From: a bacterium
Lineage (GTDB): Bacteria > Patescibacteriota > Minisyncoccia > Sungbacterales > GWA2-42-14
Direction: 5' to 3'
Assembly (NCBI GenBank): GCA_030649305.1
Contig: JAUSFV010000006.1
Span: forward strand, 32 to 64,031
Length of the DNA: 64,000 bases
Of this stretch, positions 37,374 to 45,371 are shown piece after piece. Position 1 is the first letter of the stretch. Every line of letters begins with the position of its first letter. Made by a program: the position numbers and the translations under genes. The notes under the pieces were generated by a model that saw nothing but the letters and a program-made list of their open reading frames with translations, was not told where the DNA came from and did no database searches.

Positions 37374-37404
37374 TAAGTAAATTAAGCACGTTAAGTAAAT
37401 TAAG
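37374..37404. repeat. Tandem direct repeats TTAAGTAAATTAAG (x2) with flanking inverted TTAAGCA/TGCTTAA motifs upstream of ftsZ
   Basis: Two 14-mers 17 nt apart, then GCTTAACTTGCTTAA…CTAACTTGCTTAACTCGCTTA. Confidence 0.5.
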
Positions 37405-37488
37405 TCCCGCATGCTTAACTTGCTTAATACGCCTAACTTGCTTAACTCGCTTATTTTAATGTATTCTTTCCCGAAATCCGAGGCAATA

Positions 37489-37517
37489 TTGACAAAAAAA
37501 ACGCCATATGCTACACT
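37489..37517 (+). promoter_or_regulatory. Sigma70-like promoter TTGACA-N17-TACACT upstream of prcB
   Basis: AATATTGACAAAAAAA… with 17-nt spacing, ~60 nt before ATG 37575. Confidence 0.45.
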
Positions 37518-37574
37518 ACCCGTAACATACGGCTCTTCGAAAACCGAATAAAAACCCAACACCAGGAGGCAAAA

Positions 37575-38432
37575 ATGAATATTCCAGCAGAGTTTAGAAA
37601 CTTCTCACCATCTTCACTACTTGAAACACCCGAACTCCAAAACTTTATCAAAAATCGTCAAGCCGGACTGAATGAGATGCCTCGTGACATTCTTGAGAAA
37701 ATGGCGGGAATCATCCGCAGTTCCACCGTGCTCACGGGCATCACGTTTGATGGCGGGGTTATCGCGGGCGCCGATGGGCAGTCAACCGATACACGGGGAC
37801 TTGAAATCGCTGATGACCAAGCCCCGAAATTGCACCAGGTGGCGCCACATACCGTTATCGGCATGACGGGCTCGTCCGCCCAATGCGATGAACTAGCGCG
37901 AATCATTGAAGAGGTGCTACGCGTTGATGAAGCAATCAATCAATTCGCAGACACCCCCCTTACCACAGAAGGCACCGTAGGAAGAGTGTCTATGGTAGTC
38001 AGACAAAATCTTCCTCTCGTCGCCTACTATGGCCTTATCGCCATCCCCCTCCTTACCACCATCAACAAGGAAACCGGGGAAGGAAAGGTGTATCATTACG
38101 ATGCCGTGGGAGGATATTCTGACGCCACCGAAGGATTTTGGGCTGATGGTTGCGGGGGCCCGAATGCGAAAGGAATATTCCGAGGAAACACAAAAGATAT
38201 TGCGAAGGGACTTTCAAAAGACGCCGCCATCATGCTTACCGTACACGCGCTCGCAAAGACATGCCATGTCAATGCCGGATGCGGAGGTAAGCTCCTCGTA
38301 AAAGTCATCACCAAGCAAGACGGCATCGTTGATGTATCTCAGGACCGAATCGCGGAAATCTGCAAAGAACTCGGTCCGCGGGTGATCGGAACATATGGCC
38401 TTGGATACCCCTACGCAACCCCCAGGGAATAG
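37575..38432 (+). CDS. prcB: 20S proteasome beta subunit (PrcB-like, with ~49-aa propeptide)
   Basis: Mature N-terminus TVLTGITFDGGVIAGADGQ (Thr1 Ntn-hydrolase). C-terminal …DGIVDVSQDRIAEICKEL resembles actinobacterial PrcB …DGAVDVPESRIAEL. Confidence 0.75.
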   Translation: MNIPAEFRNFSPSSLLETPELQNFIKNRQAGLNEMPRDILEKMAGIIRSSTVLTGITFDGGVIAGADGQSTDTRGLEIADDQAPKLHQVAPHTVIGMTGSSAQCDELARIIEEVLRVDEAINQFADTPLTTEGTVGRVSMVVRQNLPLVAYYGLIAIPLLTTINKETGEGKVYHYDAVGGYSDATEGFWADGCGGPNAKGIFRGNTKDIAKGLSKDAAIMLTVHALAKTCHVNAGCGGKLLVKVITKQDGIVDVSQDRIAEICKELGPRVIGTYGLGYPYATPRE

Positions 38433-38444
38433 GAGGAAAAAATC

Positions 38445-39236
38445 ATGAGACTGTTCCCGGAAAGCGACTATCAATCAAAATCGAACCGAGACAGGTTCGA
38501 ATCGCTCAGAGGCATAATCGAAAATCAACCGCCCCTTGTAGCACTTGCGTATAAAGAAGGACTTTTATTCATGAATTTCGGCACACGACATGATTTCCGC
38601 CGAATTGCTCCGCTCAACGAAGGGAATACCTTAGTATTCGGAGGCGTTGGCAACCGAGGCGATATAAAGGATCTCCACACGAATGGATGGGTAAACCCGG
38701 CAATGCGCCGCCTCTATGCGTGCCTCCCCAGCAATTCAAAAGAGATATCGGGGCGCGTCATTAGCGACGGAATCGCGGATCTTATGCGTTCACGATTTAG
38801 CTTTGTATTCTCGGGACCTTTCATCGCCGAAATTTTCATTGCAGAAGTCGGAGAATCAAATAACGTTATCTACCATATCCAGACCGACGGAAACACATGT
38901 ACCCACGATGATTTCCTCGCGTTGGGAGCCAGAAACTACTGCGCCAATAATCCCCTCCGTTTAAGAGTCGTGAGAAGCGCTGTGGACTCAAGTGTGGGGA
39001 CACAAATCCAAGAAGCAAAGGAAAAAATTGAACTGTGCGCGATTGAACAATACCTTGAAGAGAATCCGCCAAACCCCTCTCAGAGCCTTGAAGAGGCGCT
39101 GAAACTCGGTGATGTTTTGAAAGAATTCTATGTCCGAGAAATCAGCGGAGAGGAAGATCCGGAAAAGACAAAGATGCCTGTTAGCTACAACATTCTCGAA
39201 AGAGGAAAGGGGCTCTTTGTCCATTCAGACAAATAA
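38445..39236 (+). CDS. prcA: 20S proteasome alpha subunit (PrcA-like)
   Basis: …RDRFESLRGIIENQPPLVALAYKEGLLFMNFG… aligns with mycobacterial PrcA …[32 protein letters not shown]…. Confidence 0.75.
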   Translation: MRLFPESDYQSKSNRDRFESLRGIIENQPPLVALAYKEGLLFMNFGTRHDFRRIAPLNEGNTLVFGGVGNRGDIKDLHTNGWVNPAMRRLYACLPSNSKEISGRVISDGIADLMRSRFSFVFSGPFIAEIFIAEVGESNNVIYHIQTDGNTCTHDDFLALGARNYCANNPLRLRVVRSAVDSSVGTQIQEAKEKIELCAIEQYLEENPPNPSQSLEEALKLGDVLKEFYVREISGEEDPEKTKMPVSYNILERGKGLFVHSDK

Positions 39237-39322
39237 TTTAAATGAAAAAGCCCATCCCATATGCGATGCATAGGGATGGGCTATTTATTTTGAGAATTTT
39301 ATCTTTATCACCTTATCTTTAT

Positions 39323-40063
39323 CTAAAAACGGGATTGCTCTTTGAGACCTTTCTTATCCGATTTCGCGCTCAATTCCGCCTTCGCTTTCTCTAAAAAGAA
39401 GTATGTCGCAAGGAGGTTTTCTTTATATTCCTCGTAGGTCGCGCTGTCGGCAAAACCATACTGCACGATTTCTTCCCCCTTCAGCAGGGTCGGCTTCTCC
39501 CGATTGCTTAAATCGGCGAGGTAGCGCGCCTTGTCAAAAGGCTTATCAGCGCGCGAACAAAAGGATGCAACGCGATCGGCAACATTCTGTATCATTTCCC
39601 GAGCACCCTCATCGTGTTCTTTTTTTGCTTTATCGAGTTCTTCCTGCGACGCATACTGATGTTCCGGAACGAATCTCGGAAACCCGAGCGCAAAAAAGGT
39701 ATCCGGCGTAACATACCGCTTCTCGCCTGCCGCAAACACCAGCTGGCCGAAGAGGGCTTGCGTGCCAATTGCAAACGTGTCAACCGGACGCGGAGAAGTT
39801 TTGATGGCTGATACAATCTGAAACGCGTCAAAAAGCGGCGCGTCCACCTGCTTGATCACAAGCTTTGTCCGAACAAAACCCTTCGGAACCACAATGCTCG
39901 GGGAAGCCAATGGCTCTGTCAGACCAAACCAATTCAGTCGGGTTACCAGAGAATTTGCAGAAGGATTCAAAACTGGCCCCACGGGAAACTGGAGTTCCGA
40001 ACCAAGTTCGGTAATCCAATAACCCTTCAAATCATCGAGCCAACTATCGCCCTGTCGCTCCAT
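39323..40063 (-). CDS. Hypothetical protein in the Pup-proteasome locus, 246 aa
   Basis: GAGGAGG RBS; no recognisable domain. Confidence 0.45.
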   Translation of the reverse strand: MERQGDSWLDDLKGYWITELGSELQFPVGPVLNPSANSLVTRLNWFGLTEPLASPSIVVPKGFVRTKLVIKQVDAPLFDAFQIVSAIKTSPRPVDTFAIGTQALFGQLVFAAGEKRYVTPDTFFALGFPRFVPEHQYASQEELDKAKKEHDEGAREMIQNVADRVASFCSRADKPFDKARYLADLSNREKPTLLKGEEIVQYGFADSATYEEYKENLLATYFFLEKAKAELSAKSDKKGLKEQSRF

Positions 40064-40083
40064 GTTTTCTTCCTCCTCTTTGA

Positions 40084-40803
40084 TTACTGCGACCGCCCCG
40101 GCTTCATATCCTTGATGGCGGGGGCACCCCACGATGTATACAACTTCTCAGCCATTCGAATACCCTCTTGTTCGCCCTTTGTCTCGGCCTGAAACATCGC
40201 TCGCATCAAGGCACCCAAGAAAATAGCCTTTTTCGTTTTCATGTCCGGTGCGCGTTCAATCATGGGCCACAAAATCCCTAACACGCGCGCAATAAGATTT
40301 GGATTATATTGCGTCCAAAATGCCGCCTTAATCTCTTCTTTGTCCCGAGAAGACAAACCGTGTAAAAATATTTCGTTTGCCTCCTCCATGGATACCGCGG
40401 GCCAAGAAAAGTAAGGAACCAAAGCGTCGTTCGTAATAATCTTATGCATTGCATAAAGTTGAGAACCCGCAACATGACTAAATGAATCAATTACGCCGAG
40501 TAATTCGTGTGCCGCATCTGAAACCGATGGCCGCTTCTGGTCAAGCGACACGATAACTGGTCGCAATACCAGATCAACCGCAGAACGATTTGCATCGGTA
40601 AACACATGAGCACTCGCATGATCCATGCGCCGTTCCGCATCAGACATCTCAACATTCGTCCAAAGATTCAAAAGAACGTTCTCAAAAAATGCGGAGCGCT
40701 CTTCCGAAGAAGACAGCTCACCAAGATGCTTGAGAATATCGCGCGAGCGCTCCCCCGCCGTATCATACGTTCCGTGAATAATTTCCTCGGCTCGATTTTT
40801 CAT
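40084..40803 (-). CDS. Hypothetical protein in the Pup-proteasome locus, 239 aa
   Basis: AAGGAGAAAAGGGGGAG RBS; no recognisable domain. Confidence 0.45.
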   Translation of the reverse strand: MKNRAEEIIHGTYDTAGERSRDILKHLGELSSSEERSAFFENVLLNLWTNVEMSDAERRMDHASAHVFTDANRSAVDLVLRPVIVSLDQKRPSVSDAAHELLGVIDSFSHVAGSQLYAMHKIITNDALVPYFSWPAVSMEEANEIFLHGLSSRDKEEIKAAFWTQYNPNLIARVLGILWPMIERAPDMKTKKAIFLGALMRAMFQAETKGEQEGIRMAEKLYTSWGAPAIKDMKPGRSQ

Positions 40804-40830
40804 TGTTCTCCCCCTTTTCTCCTTTGTGAG

Positions 40831-41310
40831 TTATGAATCCGGATTCGTTTCTTGTCTTCGTGTTGCTTCAAACATGCGCGGGTCTTCCTCGCGAAATTTC
40901 TCAAACAACTTCTGATATTGAGGTGTCTCCCGCATACGTTCAACATCGGGATACGCGCACATAACGCCTCGTTGCGGAGCAACATATCCCTCGCCCCCCA
41001 TGAGTCCGAGCACCGGATCTCGATCTTGATCAATGAGTATAATCGTATGCTGGCGTTCTTTGGTTTCTGGATTAAAACGCGTAATTTTTTCAAAATTACC
41101 GGAAGACCACGAATACTTATGAAAGGGGCACCGCTCACATGCCGAAAGGTCAATAATCCACCCAGGCGCTCCGTTGGTAATCTCTTTTGGACAAGGAATG
41201 CCAAGTGATGAGGTCGCATTATCAACCACCGAAATAGAAAGAGGGTCTTCACCATTTCTCGTATTGATGGCGCGCTCAAGCCGCCCGATCGCATCTACCA
41301 CATCAGCCAT
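40831..41310 (-). CDS. Hypothetical Cys-cluster protein in the Pup-proteasome locus, 159 aa
   Basis: AAGGAG RBS; contains CPKE…CERCPFH. Confidence 0.45.
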   Translation of the reverse strand: MADVVDAIGRLERAINTRNGEDPLSISVVDNATSSLGIPCPKEITNGAPGWIIDLSACERCPFHKYSWSSGNFEKITRFNPETKERQHTIILIDQDRDPVLGLMGGEGYVAPQRGVMCAYPDVERMRETPQYQKLFEKFREEDPRMFEATRRQETNPDS

Positions 41311-41534
41311 TTTGTTTTCTCCTTTTCAAAGACCAGCCGGAAATTAAAAAGAGGGTAGTGTTTACGCGCCCAAATCTAATTCCCGCCTACGTGCTAGGAA
41401 TAGACTGGGGGTAACAACTACCCTTGCCCTTTTCTTTCCGCCTTGTAAGTTACCCGCATTGTAGCAAAACCGAAAAAATCTGTCAATAGTTCGCGGACAA
41501 ATAAAAAGGGGCTCAAAGCCCCTTGAAGATATAG

Positions 41535-43151
41535 CTATACTCCATCCGGAAAACGAACGCGTTGAAACGCCCCCGGATTCGGATCAAACGGATCCTCATC
41601 ATATTCGGTAACGACATCGGGCGACCAACCCCTTCCGGACTTAGGATAATATCTGAGATAATTCCAGCCCACTTCCATAAGATCCGCGTTCGTATGCCCC
41701 CGGAGTGCTGCAATCCTCTTATCCCGCGCTTCCGCGCGCGTTCCCGAAGGAGCATGATTTTTCGCGTGCAGAATCTCCGATTCCGAAACAATCAACGCGA
41801 CAAGCCCTTTTTGTACGAGTTTATAATACAGACCCTTATCGCGCCGCACATCATGAAAAAAATTATCAAAAAACTTCATACGGCCCCATGCATCCGTTTT
41901 GCTCGTAGTTCCGCTTTTCGTAATAATTTCAAGCGGGAGTATCGGAGCGCTTTCAAACGAATATCCGTTTCGTTCCATGTCGGGCAGAATCCAGTAATGC
42001 AATTTCGCGGCCCACCCGACGTAGGGCGCTAAAATTTCCGCGCATTCGAGGGGAGAGCGCGCCCGCTCAAACGCTTCAATCAAAAAAATATATTTTTGAA
42101 GGCCGTCCTCTTCCTCGTTGCTCCAGAGAACCGGGGAACCGCTCCGCGCCGCCTCCCGAAACAGCGATGCCTTGTACGCAAGAATCGGCTCAAGATACAG
42201 CTTCCGATGCAAACGTACCGCGTCATACTCCTCATTCTGAAAACGAAATGTTTGATGCTCGCTTCCCCACCACATAGTCCGTGTTTGCATGTATGCCAAT
42301 TCGCGCGAAAAGCGCCCCGAGTCTTTTTTATAATCCTCTTTGCGAAGCACCCGACCCTCAATCATGCGAAGCAGGATCCCGAGAATCACGTTGGGTACAT
42401 ACATCTGCCATTCGCACATTGATGAATCAAGACCGATAATCTGAAGGCGCCAGTACTCGCGGCGGTCCGCAAGCGGCTCATCGCACAAAAGCACCATGGG
42501 GCGCATTGGTGCCGTGGATGATGTTCCCGAAAGCCGGTCCACAAACGGAGCGCGCTGGGAGAGCGAATACAAAAGACGCCCCCCATTGGTAACCCATACC
42601 AGCCCCGACCCCGTCATCCACGAGCTTGAAAAAAGAAACGGACCGAGAATGGGTAATGCCTCATCATAGGACACTTCGCGAATATTCAGGGGAAGATTAT
42701 AGTGATTCCCCCACGAAACATAGTGCGTACGAGAACGATAATCCCGGGTGTCCGGAGACCAGCGTTCGGAATTCATGTTGGTATTATTTTTAAAAAACGT
42801 ACAGCCCCCGAAACGCGCGAATTTGGCACGAATGCGCGATGCGGGCGATCCCTGTATATTCAGCGTTGCGGCAATATCCTCAAGAATACGCTCGCCCGCT
42901 TTTCCCCATGCAACAAGGTCGTAGACACTTCCGCATTCGGGAGTCGAAATTTCAAAATGATTTCCGGTATCCCAATATGCCCGTCCGCCGTTTGCGAGAA
43001 AATCTGATTTTACGGGAAGAATCCGCGCCCCATCCCTCATCTGCGGCCGCAAGGATTCCACGGCGTCATGAAGTTTAGCCCAATTATCCCCAAAAATTTC
43101 CATCGGAAAAAAAGCGGTTTCGTTCTCCATACCCCAGATACGCTTTTGCAT
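41535..43151 (-). CDS. pafA: Pup ligase PafA (Pup_ligase/PafA-Dop family)
   Basis: MQKRIWGMENETAF… and …FLANGGRAYWDTGNHFEISTPEC… correspond to PafA MQRRIMGIETEFG… and …[27 protein letters not shown] RBS. The PafA-versus-Dop assignment is by N-terminal similarity only. Confidence 0.6.
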   Translation of the reverse strand: MQKRIWGMENETAFFPMEIFGDNWAKLHDAVESLRPQMRDGARILPVKSDFLANGGRAYWDTGNHFEISTPECGSVYDLVAWGKAGERILEDIAATLNIQGSPASRIRAKFARFGGCTFFKNNTNMNSERWSPDTRDYRSRTHYVSWGNHYNLPLNIREVSYDEALPILGPFLFSSSWMTGSGLVWVTNGGRLLYSLSQRAPFVDRLSGTSSTAPMRPMVLLCDEPLADRREYWRLQIIGLDSSMCEWQMYVPNVILGILLRMIEGRVLRKEDYKKDSGRFSRELAYMQTRTMWWGSEHQTFRFQNEEYDAVRLHRKLYLEPILAYKASLFREAARSGSPVLWSNEEEDGLQKYIFLIEAFERARSPLECAEILAPYVGWAAKLHYWILPDMERNGYSFESAPILPLEIITKSGTTSKTDAWGRMKFFDNFFHDVRRDKGLYYKLVQKGLVALIVSESEILHAKNHAPSGTRAEARDKRIAALRGHTNADLMEVGWNYLRYYPKSGRGWSPDVVTEYDEDPFDPNPGAFQRVRFPDGV

Positions 43152-43221
43152 GCAATCTCCTCTTTGATAAAGAACCAACCTGCTTTCACAATATCAGAAT
43201 CGGCGCATAAGGGAAATATTG

Positions 43222-43255
43222 ACAAAAAAAATAATGAGGCCTAAGAGGCCTCATT
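43222..43255 (-). terminator. Intrinsic terminator after pup (minus strand)
   Basis: AAUGAGGCCU…AGGCCUCAUU hairpin followed by U8 on the minus strand. Confidence 0.65.
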
Positions 43256-43305
43256 ACTATAGAAAAATCTGTTGCGTATTATTAGTAATTAGTTATCTGT
43301 TCGGG

Positions 43306-43521
43306 TTATTCTCCGCCCCGCTGAACGTAGCTCTTCACAAATTCTTCAGCGTTTTCTTCCAAAACTTCATCAATTTCATCCACTAAATCATCCAAATCCT
43401 TCTTTAATTTTTCGGTCTTTTTCTTTTTCTCTTCCTCTTTCGTATCGTCTTTTTTTGGAGTTTCCTCAACCTCTTTTTTCTCTTCGGGTTTTTCTTGTTT
43501 CTTCTTTTGTTCCTGACTCAT
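43306..43521 (-). CDS. pup: Prokaryotic ubiquitin-like protein Pup (C-terminal GGE)
   Basis: …DLDDLVDEIDEVLEENAEEFVKSYVQRGGE is near-identical in pattern to M. tuberculosis Pup …LLDEIDDVLEENAEDFVRAYVQKGGQ. 71 aa, Lys/Glu-rich disordered N-terminus, strong RBS. Confidence 0.85.
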   Translation of the reverse strand: MSQEQKKKQEKPEEKKEVEETPKKDDTKEEEKKKKTEKLKKDLDDLVDEIDEVLEENAEEFVKSYVQRGGE

Positions 43522-43607
43522 GTTTTTTCCTCCTCCCTAAATCAATTTTGTTATACAAAATTAATCGGGCGACCAATCGGCAAAGCCGATTGGTTTAGCC
43601 TTTCTTG

Positions 43608-45257
43608 CTATTCATCATATTCAGGATACGGAGTACGATGGACAGAATAAATGCTTCCGCATTTTTTCGCAATACCCGCGCCAAGCGCACGCCGCAAAAA
43701 TTCATGCCGATCCGCGCCGAGAAGAAGTGGTGCATACTCCGCTTCGGTCATCAGAGGATTTGAACAATCAATTTCATAATATGCGTTTTCCTCCGGAACC
43801 CACACGTCTATCTCCGCCCAATGCCATCCCTGCACGTGCGGCTCAAACAAACGCTGTACCGCGACCTGAAAGCCGGAGCGCGTCGGCGGGGATTCAGAGA
43901 CCGCGCGCGCGATATCGGCATCGCTAATAATCCGATGCTCCCGATGCTTTTCTTGAACGAATTTTTGAAAAAATATGCTTTTTGCGGGGTCGATATTTCC
44001 ATAGCTCCGGTCAAGGCTGATTGCTTTATGCGAACAGAAAGAATCAATCTTGCCGCGCGCCATCAATTCCTCTATGACACCGCGTTTCGTCACCCAATCC
44101 AACATCCCGATACAATCACCGGAATTTCTCCGAAGTTTTTTAACAACATCAAGCCCGAGCGCCACCGCTTCATCATACTCGGGTTCCCGAATACCATACT
44201 CCGCACAATACCTCCCCATAAGCGTTATATATTCTTCAAGAAGATCAAGGGGTAAACAGGATTCTTTGCGATTTCGCATAGAAATTTTTTCTTGAAACGC
44301 GAGGTCCCGCGAAATCTTCCAAAACGCTCTCACGGGATCCGTCAGTATAAACTGACCGCCGAGAAATTCGTCCTCAAGCATCTTTAAATGAATTTCGGTA
44401 AGGGCAATCGTAAGAAAATAGGCGGTCTCACACATGTTTTGATCTGCTGTAATCACATGCAGACGGCGATACAGCGCTGCATCCGCATACGGCACGTCGC
44501 GCGTATTCATTAGGGGCCGTTTGCTTAGTGTGGGATATGTCTCCCCTAGTCCCATCGTACCGATGCCCGCCAACTCCGAAAAAAAATCCGCGCGCTGAGA
44601 AATCTGGAAGTCGCACCACGGGAGCCCCGTCACAAGCCGATTATGGCTTCCCACCTTTCCTTGGCCGTTAAAAATCTGACGGAGTACGAGCCACGGAATC
44701 GTACGTTCAATCAAGGCGCCCCACGGCACGACACGCCGCATAAGATAATTATCATGATGCGCATAGCTTACCGAAAAATCGGCGAGCAGCTCAGGAGATA
44801 CATCAAGAAACGTTTCCCCGCGGCCCAGCGCAAAACCATAATTATTTTTTGATAACAAAAAACCGGTTCCCGCTTCGCGATGGCGTTCTGTCAAAAACCG
44901 TATGATGCGGTCAGCAGCTTCATAGTGCGCGAGTTTCTCTTTGGGTGTGCGGCAAAGGGCGATTGAGAGTTCCGGATGCGCCCCGTCCACATACAATCGC
45001 GCGCCATTCGCAAGAAGAATATTTGTTTCGCGCCACGAGCGTTCCGTAAAATAGGTATGGCTATGATCTTCCCCGTCCGCAAGGCGCGGCCGCGAATCCC
45101 ACAAAGAAAAACTTCCGCCCGAAAGCCACTCGGGCCTGATACGCGACACAAACTGCCACGCGAGATCAGCGGGACTCTGTGAAGAATCCGGCGAACTGAT
45201 CCCATATTCTATTTCGCTTCCCCCATATTTTGGTATCGAGCGCGATTCACGGGGCAT
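43608..45257 (-). CDS. dop: Dop (depupylase/deamidase of Pup) of the PafA/Dop family
   Basis: …[14 protein letters not shown]… and …[19 protein letters not shown]… …[31 protein letters not shown]… parallel Dop RIMGTEVEYGISSP…, [47 protein letters not shown]. Confidence 0.65.
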   Translation of the reverse strand: [549 protein letters not shown]

Positions 45258-45371
45258 ATTTCCTCCCCTTTCTTTATATGTATATATGTAAAGCAACTTA
45301 TTTCATGCTATCACGGCCACTCCAATGAAAAAAGCCCACGACCTCGGTCGGGGGCTTTTGGATGTAATGAG

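Noticed and set aside
43205-43232. AATATTGACAAAAAAA as a third copy of the prcB-type promoter
   Set aside because: On this strand nothing follows it. The A-run is the U-tract of the minus-strand pup terminator hairpin (43233..43255), so the TTGACA match is probably incidental.
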